Shown here piece after piece: positions 24,510-37,940 of a stretch of DNA of 41,596 nt. The notes beneath the pieces are model-generated. The model did not search any database and was not told where the DNA came from. It saw nothing but the letters and a program-made list of their open reading frames with translations. This DNA is from Octopus bimaculoides. Its lineage: Eukaryota. The position numbers and the translations under genes are program-made. Positions within the stretch are counted from its first letter, which is position 1. Each line of letters starts with the position of its first letter. Location: assembly GCF_001194135.2 (NCBI RefSeq), contig NC_068981.1:164525088-164566683 (forward strand), read 5' to 3'.

Positions 24510-25695
24510 CATCTATTTATATATATATATATACATACATACATATATATATATATATANNNNNNNNNNNNNNNNNNNNNNNNNNNNNNNNNNNNNNNNN
24601 NNNNNNNNNNNNNNNNNNNNNNNNNNNNNNNNNNNNNNNNNNNNNNNNNNNNNNNNNNNNNNNNNNNNNNNNNNNNNNNNNNNNNNNNNNNNNNNNNNNN
24701 NNNNNNNNNNNNNNNNNNNNNNNNNNNNNNNNNNNNNNNNNNNNNNNNNNNNNNNNNNNNNNNNNNNNNNNNNNNNNNNNNNNNNNNNNNNNNNNNNNNN
24801 NNNNNNNNNNNNNNNNNNNNNNNNNNNNNNNNNNNNNNNNNNNNNNNNNNNNNNNNNNNNNNNNNNNNNNNNNNNNNNNNNNNNNNNNNNNNNNNNNNNN
24901 NNNNNNNNNNNNNNNNNNNNNNNNNNNNNNNNNNNNNNNNNNNNNNNNNNNNNNNNNNNNNNNNNNNNNNNNNNNNNNNNNNNNNNNNNNNNNNNNNNNN
25001 NNNNNNNNNNNNNNNNNNNNNNNNNNNNNNNNNNNNNNNNNNNNNNNNNNNNNNNNNNNNNNNNNNNNNNNNNNNNNNNNNNNNNNNNNCCTTTTGTGAT
25101 ATATATAATTTTTATCTTACTAAAATTGACCTGAAACCATGGTACAGAATATAGATCGGTAAATGTTTTTATTTTTCATTCCCTTTCGAAATTATCCCTA
25201 CTTTTTGTGGTATGTAGTCTTGCTGCTATTTCTAGCGGGTTAGATGTCCTATTACAGGCATCTCTGTATTTTAAAAGAAATATATATATATATATATATA
25301 TACATACATATCTATATGTGTGGCTATGCGTATGCGCGTGCGTGTGTTCTGTATAACGGTTTTAATTTCTATATTCTCTTGTGTTACAAAGAAGCAACCT
25401 GTTTGAGCAATTCATGAACTACTATTATTATAGTTGTTGTTGTTGTTTCTCGTTGTTGTTGCTGTTGTTAGATTCACACTACAGAGAATCTCAGATTCCG
25501 ATGCCGAACTCATTTCTCTGTTAAATTCCTTGCTTCCACAGATTCCACCTTTTGCACAGTACAATAACAGAACCTACTCTTGCGATGCAAACCTGTCAAA
25601 TAGATTTTGCAGAGCTGCGTGCGCCGCCAGTCTGTGGGTATGAATGCTCCTGTGCGTGGGTGCGTGATTGCCCACGCGCGCGAGCGTATGTAGGT

Positions 25696-25742
<47 letters not shown>

Positions 25743-26062
25743 ATGCGTGTTTATGTGTGTATAACTGGGTACGCATTTGTGAGTGTGTATGAAGAGCCAG
25801 CCATCCTTGATAGAAACGCTATGTTATGTTAATGTTAAAGGATTCTTATTGCTACCAGAAACAAGAGCTGTTTACTGTCTTCTTAAATGACATACTACAA
25901 TAGCGCTTCAAGCAGAGTCAGAGGTTAACTTCAACCGATACACATGCTCGACCTCCCACAAGATAGACACACAGTGACACAAACACATAAACATAGTCTT
26001 TTATATATATATATATATTTAATCCTGCTACATGCACTTTGTTCGTATAAAAGTCTCTATAC

Positions 26063-26668
26063 CAGTGATTCCCAAAATGGTTGGTACTGCCCCACTTTGG
26101 AGCGGTGGAAAGATCTATGTGTGGTGTTGAAGAAAAAGTGGGACAATAACAGGGTTACCAAAAAAGGGCAATGGATGTAAAAATCCCCTGATATAATGGA
26201 TTAATTACGTTAAGTTTTAGGTCCGTATGTTTCTGCGTGTTTATGTCACACGCATATATATACTCCTCTACTCTTTTACTCCTTTACTTGTTTCAGTCAT
26301 TTGACTGCGGCCATGCTTGAGCACGGCCTTTAGTCGAGCAAATCGATGCAAGGACTTATTCTTTGTAAGCCTAGTACCTATCCTATCAGTGTCTTTTGCC
26401 GAACCGCTAAGTTACGGTGACTTAAACACACCAGCATCGGTTGTCAAGCGATGTTGGGGGGACAAACACAAGCACACAAATATACAGACACACACACGCA
26501 CACACGCACACGCAGACACACACACACACGCAATACAGTTGTTTTGAATTTGCTGCAGAAAGTGGTCTATGTTTGTGATGTTGAGTTGGGGTGGGGTGGG
26601 GGAGAACACTAGGAATGTGGCTTGGGTGCCAAGTAAGCAGTAGCCTGAAAAAGGTTTGGTGACCATTG
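26063..26668. mobile_element. Non-autonomous hAT (Charlie-like) element with 8-bp TSD
   Basis: Termini are CAGTGATTCCCAAA and the reverse complement of CAATGGTCACCAAA (10/14 match). The flanks are the identical 8-mer CTCTATAC (26055-26062 and 26669-26676), resembling the NTCTAGAN Charlie target consensus. Confidence 0.85.
26261..26530 (-). mobile_element. 5'-truncated SINE family A nested in the hAT element
   Basis: TTTTACTTGTTTCAGTCATTTGACTGCGGCCATGC..GCCGAACCGCTAAGTTACGG..CAAGCGATG. Confidence 0.9.
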
Positions 26669-28326
26669 CTCTATACCATTTATATATGTCTGTGCGTTTG
26701 TGTGTTCGTGTGTGCAAGTGTGTGTCCCTACGTGTGTTTTTGTACATATGAACAAGTGTGTTGTAAATACACTAAAATGGCCTTTCCTCCACAGGACTGG
26801 CTAGGCCCATGCAACCTCCAACCAGGCATTCCCAACTCACACATCACTCTGCCAGTTATCGCCCTTGTCAAAGTCAACCACCTAAGTCTCTCACTAATCA
26901 CCATGCCCAACAGCGTTTATACGTTTTTTAACCGTCGCTTCCTTCGTAATATGGTTTTGTCCTTGTATCATGGAATTTGTAGATCCTTTGATGAATTTTG
27001 TTAAAATCGGAAGAGACGATGCTGTATAAAAGGATTTGAGACGGCATTCTTTTCTACTTGTTGTCTCGGGAAGAGACAGAATTAGTTTTGTACAGTGTCT
27101 ATAAGCAAGCACTTGTTCTGTTCCTTTGTGCCTTATTGGTATGGCGTAGATTATGATGTGACATTAATATAAATTATAGGTTTTTCAGAGTTTATTGAAT
27201 GACAGCGACGGATCATGTAATATTGGTAAGATGACATCTATCTGTGTTTGTCAAATTTGCTTCAAGGGCAATAAAATGTTTTTTTTTAGTGTTTGCATAA
27301 GAGAATTCTTCTACACAAACACGCGCGCGCACTCTCTCTCTCTCTCACACACACACACACAAGTACGCACACACACACGCACGCACGCACATGCACAAAG
27401 CATACGTACTATCCATTTAATTTTTATATTCCTTCAAAATTTCGAAGATCTTTAAAATTTTTAATGGAAATTGCTATGAACTACTTTTGCACCAAATGCT
27501 CCTATTATCAGTAAAAGCCGAGGAAATCTTTTTGTTATGATCATGCAAACTTCTCTCTTTATGTAAGTGGAAAATCCGAACATTTGCCCTCTCAACAGCA
27601 TGTGTCTTACTAAAACATTAGTGAATCGAGATAAATTGTTGACTGCAGATGCAAAAGTTTAGTTAGGTCTTACTGAAAACAGTTCTAAAAATACTCTCGC
27701 AGTACACATATATATTTAGACACTAAAATTAACGCTTCACTAGTTCACTAATCAAACAAAATATATCTTTAGTTTAACGTCGATAACATTAACAACTATA
27801 AAATCGATTAGCCCATTACAGAATACAAGTCTCTCAACATTAACTTTCCAGAAAGGGTAATCATTTATTACTGCTGGTTGCAAATTGGACAATATTTAGG
27901 AAACGGTAAATACCTATAGATATTTATATTTATCAAGTAATTTGTTTAAAATGAGTTGTTACTAAGACTAAAATAGTTTATAGCCACTTAATGTCTTTAA
28001 TAATTAACATTTGTTTTGTGTCTTTTAGACATTTAGCACTGAAGACATGTAATATCAAGTTTTGCCAGTGAATACATGGATATATCACGTCTTCGGTTAG
28101 TTGAATACCAGTACTAACACAATCCTATTGCACCTGTTGAAAGCAAATTGCGTGGGCAAAAGAATAGACGTAGGAATAAATTCAAGCAAATGTCTGACTT
28201 ATGAAGCAGCTTCCTACTTAGTGGACATTCCTAAATCGCTATATCAAATGGCACGTAAAATCACGAGACTGATTTTCTTAGCGTGTCGAGCGAAGCTCAT
28301 AGTTTTTGATCATTGGGTTGAACATT

Positions 28327-28725
28327 GGAAGTGTACAAGAAAGGTCGGATATGACTTGAGCTTTAAAATGTATCAGTCGCTACTTCTCCGTTTAAGAAGT
28401 GTAACAAAATGTGGTTTATTACTTGAACTCAAAATTGAATCGGAGACAGTCCTCACTTTAGACGTGTAAGATGTTGGATTCGGTTTTAACTCAAAATTGT
28501 AGCTTTGACACTACTAATCTGTAGAGGTGTAACAAACTGTCGGGTATAGCTTGAGCTCAAAACTGTATCTGTGACACCTCTGTTCTGTTTTAGAAGTGTA
28601 ACAGAATGTAGAATACAGCTTGAGCTCAGAATTTAATCTACGACTGTACACTGCCTTAGAAGTGTAACCCAAGGTAGAGTATGGTTTGAGCTCAAAACTA
28701 AATCTGTCACCTCTGCCTCCCTGAA
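28327..28725. repeat. Diverged ~66-bp tandem array, six units
   Basis: Units start at 28327, 28395, 28460, 28523, 28592 and 28658. Each has AGAAGTGTAAC, followed about 28 bp later by TTGAGCTCAAAA. Confidence 0.85.
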
Positions 28726-29344
28726 ATGTACATTTCTAGCAGTACATTAGTTGATGTGAGGGAAGGGAAGCCCTTGTAGGTGTGGTTCATCCTGTTTGAA
28801 ATAATAGCTAAATCTCCTTCAAAATACATCGTCTTAAGAAGGGGGAAAAAAAAGAGAGAATGACACATTTGATGTGCTTGAAAAAACATAATAAATTGGA
28901 TCGTCCAGGCTGGAACGCATTTGATCAGAAATGTGCTCGATCAGCACAAACAAAAACAACAACGACAACAAAAGCAACAACAACAACAAGAATAACAACA
29001 ACAACAGCATCAAAACAGCATATATTCAATTAGACTAACCCATTTGTTCCTCTTGTCAGATTGGAACTGATTAAAATTATAAATTCCGTAATGTTCCTCT
29101 GAAATTTCCCATTTTCTTCCTTCCTTCCTTTCTTTCGTGTATTTTGCACTTCCATTTTTTTTTTCCTTTGTATTTTATCTTTTCCATTCGTACTTACTTT
29201 CTTTTTCATATACGTTTGTTTTCCAATCACCATTGTATTGTTTTTCTCTCTTTTCCATTATTTCCAACTCTTCTTTATTCTCTAAGTGTGTTTCTTTATT
29301 CATTGATTATCACTGGACATCATTTTTTATTTCGCTTTCTTGCA

Positions 29345-29346
29345 TC

Positions 29347-29397
<51 letters not shown>

Positions 29398-29626
29398 CCT
29401 ACCGACCTATCTATCTGTCTATCTATCTATCTGGTTTTTTTTCACGATCCCTTTTGATCGAACTTCCCCCTTTTTCCCTTCCTATGATCCCTTTTGATCG
29501 ACTCACCCCTATTGTTTTTTTTTTGTTTTTTTTTTCCTTCCCCCTCCCCAAAAGAAAAGCTCTACATTGTATTTGTCCCATCTTTGTTGAGCCCTGTGTG
29601 GCTAATAAAAGAAATGTATCTGTCTG

Positions 29627-29682
<56 letters not shown>

Positions 29683-29730
29683 GCTACCTATCTATCTATC
29701 TGTCTGTCTGTCTGTTTGTCTATCTATTTT
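29345..29730 (+). repeat. Two (TATC)n tracts
   Basis: Read directly (about 29345-29432 and 29620-29725). Confidence 0.93.
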
Positions 29731-29783
29731 TTCTTCATAAATACACACTATTCTCCTCACTCATTCTACTAATACATATTTGC

Positions 29784-29821
<38 letters not shown>

Positions 29822-30134
29822 TGCACGCGTGTACACACATACACACAAAAACACAGCGAACACAAGTGCGTACATATATTCTCTCTATTTTCCTTCGCCC
29901 TCTCACACACACTTCCTCCCCCTCATCTGCTTCCCTCTCTCACTCTCTTCTTCCCTCCTCTCTCCCCCACATTCCCCACTCTTTCTTCTTCCCACCCCCT
30001 CTATCTTACCCCCTTACCCTCGCTCTGAAGTACTTTTCCATCTTTCATTTTTATTTCTTTAATCTTTATTGCTTTTGAAAATACAACATTTAAGTTTTAA
30101 ATGCACTTTGTGCTTCGACGGTTGGTTCTTATAA

Positions 30135-30403
30135 ACAACAATAACCACAGCAACAACAACAACGACATTAATAACATCATCAGTAACATCAAGAACGACA
30201 ATATAAATGGTAGTAAAGGTAACAGTGAAATGAAGGAGGCAATTTCTTTTAGATTTTTGTTTCGTGTTATTTACCATAATGATGAGGATTGTTGTAATGG
30301 GGGGGGGGAGAATGATGGAAATGCTGATGATAATGATGAGGATGTTAATGATGATATTACTGGTAATTATGATGGAAGTAGTGTTCCTGAAAAAAAAGAT
30401 GAC

Positions 30404-30461
<58 letters not shown>

Positions 30462-30509
30462 GTGATGATGGTGATGATGATGATGACGATGGTGATGATG
30501 GTGATGATG

Positions 30510-30541
<32 letters not shown>

Positions 30542-30830
30542 GATGACGGTGATGATGTTGATGATGATGATGATGACGATGACGATGATGATGATGATGA
30601 TGATGGTGATGATGGTGATGATGGGGAGGATGTTGATGAGGATGATGATGATGATGATGACAACGACGATGATGATGCTGACGACAAATGACAATGATGA
30701 TGACGATGTCGACGACGGTAATAACGACGATGATGATGATGAAGATGATGATGATAATTACGATTATGATGAAGATGACGACGACGACGACGACGAGGCT
30801 GATGACGGCGACATCATGTAGATTATCATG
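30135..30830 (+). repeat. Long degenerate (GAT/GAC/GGT)n trinucleotide tract
   Basis: Read directly; it yields the poly-D, poly-M, poly-I and poly-S ORFs. Confidence 0.95.
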
Positions 30831-31999
30831 CAGAGGTGGATGACAACGAAGGATGACAAACGAAGGCGGTGGTTATAATTGCTGTTGTTGCAGATCTACT
30901 TCATATTGTAGTTGTTGCTGTTGTTGTAGTTATAACTGTTGCAGGTGCTGGCTGTTATTGTTGTTGTTGTTGTTGTTATTTTATACATTACAGAAACATT
31001 TTAAGATGTTTGTTAAATCGGTGAGAGTATTTAAGATGTTTTTCCTAGTTCTTGTTGTCATTGTTGTGGCTCACGTTTTTTTTTCTTAATATTTATGCTT
31101 AATTTAATTTATTAGTTGTTTGTTTCTCTATTGTTTTGTGTATATTTCTTGACACTTTCTTCTTCCCAGTCCCCGCCCCCAACACCATCAATTAATGGCT
31201 TACACATTAAGGAGTAACGTTGTTAGTCGTCGAGGCTGTTTTTCAAGTTATCGTTATTGTTGCTATTGCTGGTGCCAATGCTGTTTCCATTGTTGTTGAT
31301 GTTAATATTATTGATGTTTTTTTCTTCTCTTACTTGTGCAGTTCTTGTTGTTGTTTCTGTACTCTGGTAGATTATTTTGAAGCAAGTAATCTACCAGATT
31401 ACTTGTGCAAGTGTGCGTATGTGCGTCCATCTGTATGTGAATGAGTGTGTGTCTATGAATATGCATCTATACAATATGCATGTATATGTGGATATATACA
31501 TACATATATATGTATATATGTGCGTATATGTATATGTATGTACATATATTTCTATTGTTATAGTTATATATAGATATAGATATATCTATGTATGCATGCA
31601 TATAAACATTTATATATATATATATATATATATATNNNNNNNNNNNNNNNNNNNNNNNNNNNNNNNNNNNNNNNNNNNNNNNNNNNNNNNNNNNNNNNNN
31701 NNNNNNNNNNNNNNNNNNNNNNNNNNNNNNNNNNNNNNNNNNNNNNNNNNNNNNNNNNNNNNNNNNNNNNNNNNNNNNNNNNNNNNNNNNNNNNNNNNNN
31801 NNNNNNNNNNNNNNNNNNNNNNATATATATGCATACATATATACACATATACACATGTATATGCATATATAAATCTCTCTATATATATGTGTGTGTATTT
31901 GTGTATGCATGTATGTATTTATGAATGTTTGCATGTCTGTATATATGCTTGCGTGCGCGCGCGTGTAGGTATGTATATGCGTAGGAAAAGTGAAGCACA

Positions 32000-32090
32000 G
32001 GCATAGCTGAAGTTCGCTTGACAGAAACGTAGTTCTAGGTTCGATTCGACTGTAAAGCGAATTGGGTAAGTATCATTATTGAGCCACGTT
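32000..32090 (+). mobile_element. Degenerate SINE head remnant
   Basis: B-box-like GGTTCGATTCG followed by TTGGGTAAGT (CORE-like). Confidence 0.4.
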
Positions 32091-32508
32091 GAGCAGCATC
32101 GCCATATTATATTCTTATTTTCTACTTATTCTTTTTCTTCTTTACATAAGCTACACAAAATACATTTCTGTCTTATTTGGATGCCACTCTGATGAAGTAC
32201 TACTCCAATAGTATCAACTGCAAATATTTGCGTGCAAGGGTGTCAAAAACATAATGATACCGAAATGATTTTAACTAATAATAAAGATGTGCTAAATTCA
32301 TTCTTCATCTTCTTAATTGTATAATACGTTACAGCTCGTAAGACTCACACACTTCTTTTCCAGTGATGTACCTGAAATTCTTACAACAGTCAACTTCCAA
32401 TTTTCCTCCAGGGTAGACAGATAGCTTGGAGTTTGAGCTGAGTGATGCATTGGAAATATACCGATTTTTTACCCTATCAGGAACTCCTCACCCCACACGC
32501 ATACACAC

Positions 32509-32552
<44 letters not shown>

Positions 32553-33090
32553 AAAGAAAATGGGGATATTGAAGTTAATAAGAGTTTATTATCAGCAAAA
32601 AATAGATCATTATCCCTTACAGCTGTTTCAATTAAGCTTATTGAAATTAAATAAGAATTAAAATCATATTTCTGAGCTTAATTTCTTCAAAGGGAGAAAG
32701 AATATACGCTTAGATATTTTATGTGTTAGTTATCTGAATCATCATGTCAGACTGAATAATATTGTTTATGATTAGTAATGGTATATGTCTAGGCGAGTTT
32801 GTTATGGGTAAGTTAGAGTATGCAAACAATTAAGGTAATGAAGAGTAAATAAATAGAGATTGAAGATTAGATTACAATGTGAATAAAGTACAGTATGAAT
32901 GAGATGAAAAATTAAATTAGATTTATAGGTAATATATAAAATTGGGAAAAACTTACCTGTGTATAAAAACACACTCATACTTGTTATCACGCGATCATAC
33001 ATTTATCCGTTAATTCGGTATATATACGTATATACACACATACATGTAAAAATATATACACATATACATAAATATATATACACATATACA

Positions 33091-33134
<44 letters not shown>

Positions 33135-33136
33135 CA

Positions 33137-33170
<34 letters not shown>

Positions 33171-34310
33171 GGGGCATTTGCAATTATTTACATACTTGTA
33201 CACATATATACGTACATATCATATATACACAATATATCTTCACACGTATGCACATTTACAGTCATTTACACACATATATACACATATATGCGCATACACA
33301 TACATATACATAAAAGCATTGATTAGTATTGACGTTGACATGCTTTTCATGCACAAACGTAACCACACTCTCACACACGTAAATAGGCTTGTGTACATGC
33401 ACATCCACATATATAAAATAAAGGAAAACGCACATGAAATGTATATACACACACATACGCATATATATATACATATACATATATACAGACATACACGCAC
33501 ATATGAATATTCACACACATATACATGTGTACACACATGCACATGTGTACACACATTTACATGTGTACACACATGCACAGAAACACATATACGCATACGA
33601 ACGTACACATACGTAAAATATATTTACACTACCAATCAATTCATCAGCCCTAATAAAAAAGTAATATAGATCGTTTAAGTTCAGTTAAAATTTGATTGGT
33701 TAGTGAAAATATAAATATTTTTCCAAACCAAATAGCGTTTCAAGCGAATTTGGACACGTCTAACGGTTTATTTAGATTTGTTTTCAATAATGGATTAAAT
33801 TTTTTTTGTCTTTAGTTTCACTTAAGTTATTCTGATGCAAGAGGGGAGAGAATTGTGTAAAATATTTATATGAATTTCTTTGAAATTTATATTTATGTAG
33901 AAATAAGCGCATGAGAGTGCACAATTATAAACATTTAATCATAAAAGTAAGTTTAAGTTAATAATGAAACAGGTAATTAGTTAAATGGTAACTTATTGAT
34001 TGGAATTGATTAGAACGGCATATACTAATGTACCTATATATATATACATACACAAATATAGAAATGTTAGTGCTCGCACACATATATGTGCACATACACG
34101 CATACATACACTTATACTTATTTATAAAATTGTGATAAGTACAGATAATCAAATGGGAAAGTGCACACTTAGAACCATGCACATACGCATGCACATACAT
34201 ACGTATAAATGTAAGTTTGAATAGAAATAGATAAGTAATATACCCATACGCGCACATGCATTCAAACATATATACGGGCAAGAAATTCACAACCATATAG
34301 GCACGCCTAT

Positions 34311-34422
34311 GCACATACATACATATGCACATACATACATATGCACATACATACATATGCACATACATACATATGCACATACATACATATGCACATACAT
34401 ACATATGCACATACATACATAT
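34311..34422 (+). repeat. 16-bp minisatellite (GCACATACATACATAT) x7
   Basis: Units at 34311, 34327, 34343, 34359, 34375, 34391 and 34407. Confidence 0.92.
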
Positions 34423-34612
34423 AATATATACATACCCATCAACATAGCCGGATATACATATATACGCATAAACGCATACGTATTTACCTGTTTGTATTTT
34501 AGCACATAAATACGCGCATACACAAGTGTGTGTTATCATACATATGTTGTTTGTAATTTCAGCTTAGAGATGCGGCCATGCTGATGCACATACGCATATG
34601 TACACACGTACG

Positions 34613-34702
<90 letters not shown>

Positions 34703-35099
34703 TAGATAGATAGATAGATATACATGCATACATACATATATCTATACACATACATACATATATATGTATATATATATTTATATGGCATCACACAAAGACA
34801 GTCATGTGTACATACATAGACAGACGCTCAACCGTGCATACATACCTTGGCAACCTATATAACCAGAGACATGTATATAAATACACTTGCGCGTAAATTT
34901 GTACACATATCAATATAAAATATACATAAATAAGTAGAACATTTATAAATATATGTTTACATGTGCCCAGGCACGCGTACACACACATGTGCACATATGT
35001 ATCTGTACTGCCAATCATGCAGTCACATTTATATACACACAGTCACATTTATATACATGCATATACATACATGCATGTATTTTAAAATAAATAGTAAAA

Positions 35100-36580
35100 G
35101 TATAAAATATATAGATATAAAAATGTGAGTGCATATCAGGCAATTTTTTGTTGTTATGGAAGTGTTGATATGGTTATTACTGAAGTGTAATAAGTAGTTT
35201 TCTGAATAATATTCAAACCGATGTATGTGCTACGACTTGAGTCTATTCAAAAGTTATAATAACAATCAAAGAGTTATAAAGTTTAGGAATTGTGTATGCT
35301 CTAATGCTGGTGGAAGGTTATTCATGAGGGGTAGAGTAGGCTAGTTATAATGGGGAATTGGTATAAAAAGATACTAAATATAGGTGTAATGGAGGTGTGA
35401 TATGATAATAAAAATATAAAAATATGAATAATAATTGAATTAAATAATCAGCATGAATATATTCATAAAGAAAGAAATTATAAAGATATAAAATATATCG
35501 ATATAAATATAAAAATATGGGTGCATATCAGATCTTATATTGTTGTTAAAGATGTGTTAACAAGGTTAATAATGAAAAATAGTTGTATGAATAATAGTCA
35601 AACAGATATGAATATTACTGTGTCTATTCAAAATTTTAAATGATCGTCAAACAGTTGTAAATGTTAATAATAATTTATGCTCAAATGTTTGTAGAAGGTT
35701 ATTCATGGTGTGTACAAGATATTAATTACTATAGGATTTTTTTAATAAAATCATGCTAAAAGTACGTGAAATACAGGTGTAATAGAGGTAGAAATTAATA
35801 CTACAATCACAATTTTCATAAATGTTGTTATGTGTGAGTGTATTAGATGAAGAATATATATTAATGGTGTTAGTATTATTTCGTAAGGTTCCATCATTGG
35901 GATTTATATGTAAGCAATTATTAAGGTTATTAGAATTTGGGGGATGTATTCTAAGACAAGGGGAGTTATTAAGTATTATTATTATTATTATTATTGACAT
36001 TTCTATTAGCGTACAATGTATTTAATTTCCTGTTGTTGATCGATGATATAATGGCGAATAAGTTAGAGGTTAGGCTAAAACCAATATTAACAGTCTTGTG
36101 GTTAATTATTTCATTATATCTATTCTCACTGTTAAAGTGTTTATGGTTGGCTTTGAATATAGATTTAACTATGTTATTTTTAATTTGCATAGCGTATGGA
36201 ATAATAAACCATATTTTATTAGATTTATCAGAGTGATTCATATTTATAGGTACATTGTAATCTGTTTTAGATTTTCTATAGTTAATGGAATGAGTACGAA
36301 CACAATGTTTATTAATTATGTTATTATCATTGTAGTAATCATTACAATTGTAAACTGGATGTTTTTTATTATTTTTCTTGGGTTTGTTAGATGACTTAAT
36401 ATTGGTTTTTTTCTATTGTTATGTTTAGTAATAATGTCCTTTGAAAAATTTATAGACTCTTTTTTTTAATTAGTTCTAATCTCCAGTTAGATGCATTTTT
36501 TATGGTGAAAAGAGCATCGTCCCTATACAGTCCACCAAAGATTTCAGGTAATTTATCACACATGGGACTTGTCATATATG
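35100..36580 (-). mobile_element. Degraded Penelope-like retroelement (RT C-terminus, linker, duplicated GIY-YIG region)
   Basis: The minus strand gives PEIFGGLYRDDALFTIKNASNWRLELIKK (about 36550-36460, PLE RT YxDD motif), KSNKIWFIIPYAMQIKNNIVKSIFKANHKHFNSENRYNEIINHKTVNIGFSLTSNLFAIISSINNRKL (WFNPPY-like linker), NCDC, and a TYIGL motif at about 35225. Confidence 0.8.
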
Positions 36581-36695
36581 GTGCAGTATCTCACACGGGG
36601 AATGACTTTCACATATACTGGATGTTGTGTTGTCCCTTTCTTGTATCACCTAACTGTCTGGATGTTTTGCATTCTTGTCCCATCTTGTATTTTTT

Positions 36696-36738
<43 letters not shown>

Positions 36739-36818
36739 NNNNNNNNNNNNNNNNNNNNNNNNNNNNNNNNNNNNNNNNNNNNNNNNNNNNNNNNNNNNNN
36801 NNNNNNNNNNNNNNNNNN

Positions 36819-36894
<76 letters not shown>

Positions 36895-37292
36895 ATGTAA
36901 ATATGTATATTCAAATAATGCAGCAGAAGCAAGCTCCGCAATGAAAAAGAAATATTGGTGTAACATACTTAGCATATGTGTTTAGGTGAAAAGTCAGAGG
37001 CTGCAGTTTTCATCCAGAAAAATAGCTTTATAGACATATGGTGTTGAAACACACAATGTACTTCAGAGCTTGGCAAATCGAAATCGCGCCGTAATTACGG
37101 GAAAGCCACAGATACGAATTTCTCCATATCACGCACCCGTTTCATTTCAGAAACGAAATCGAATCTCTTAGTCTGAAGTATATAGACATAATGTATAAAC
37201 TATACACTGATTTGCAAGTGCGCTACATGAGCAGAATAATTTCGATTTAGCAATAGAAGCAACATTACATTAAAACTTTGTCAAAATAGTTA

Positions 37293-37357
37293 CACTGGCG
37301 GTACCCCAGCATAGCCGCAGCCAAAAGGATGAAACATATAAAAGAATAAAAGAATAG
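37293..37357 (+). mobile_element. SINE family A, 3' end remnant
   Basis: GGCGGTACCCCAGCATAGCCGCAG...GAAAC..AAAAGAATAAAAGAATA. Confidence 0.7.
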
Positions 37358-37774
37358 TATGTTAAACATTTTATATTGATAAAGTTTATACATATACATA
37401 GGTACATACATACATACATACATACATAAATACATACATACATACATACTTACATACACATACATACATGCACATACAAATACACACACGCAAACATAAA
37501 TGAAGATAAATAAGTGACCAAAATTTTGATAAGCATGGAATACGGAAAGTAGTTTTAATAAGAATTGCCCACACCTTACATAGGACAACCGTCATTCAAG
37601 AGTAAATATCGAAACAAAACAGGGAAGTTCACATATCCAGTATGTACAGAACTGCACTCGGTAGTAAAGTGAAGATGCGGTTAAAATAATTATAAAATAA
37701 TAATAATAAAGATGATGATAATAATAGAGACTTGGATCCAACTTGTACAAATGCAAAACAAAAGTCAAACATAA

Positions 37775-37823
<49 letters not shown>

Positions 37824-37940
37824 GAGGAGGAGGAAGAAGAGGAAAAGGAGGAGGAGGAGGAGAAAAAGAATAGAAGAAGAAGAAGAAGAAGAAGAAGAAG
37901 AAGAAGAAGAAGAAAAAGAAGAAGAAGAAGAAGAAGAAGA
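37775..37940 (+). repeat. (TAA)n-(GAG)n-(GAA)n compound microsatellite
   Basis: Read directly; it abuts the 5' truncation point of the Dong-like element. Confidence 0.95.

Noticed and set aside
26787-26930. Possible exon after CCTTTCCTCCACAG (ARPMQPPTRHSQLTHH...)
   Set aside because: There is no suitable donor, the peptide is unrecognisable, and I cannot distinguish it from chance.
28327-28725. CRISPR interpretation of the 66-bp array
   Set aside because: The context is eukaryotic, there are no cas genes, the repeats are too degenerate, and the spacers are homologous to each other.
30101-30691. 196-aa Asp-rich ORF reminiscent of acidic biomineralisation proteins (Aspein-like)
   Set aside because: It is the translation of a GAT trinucleotide tract. 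The other frames give equally long poly-M, poly-I and poly-S ORFs, there is no signal peptide, and similar tracts occur elsewhere in the window.
32180-32300. Hammerhead-like CTGATGA...CGAAA followed by AATAAA
   Set aside because: There is no stem I partner for CACTCT/GCCACT and no clean stem III plus UH. Stem II would need a ~60-nt irregular insert, and the motif is on the opposite strand to the nearby PLE. An Infernal search would settle it.
35700-36480. AT-rich stretch resembling a mitochondrial insertion (NUMT)
   Set aside because: Minus-strand translation gives Penelope-type RT and linker motifs, and I recognised no mitochondrial protein or tRNA.
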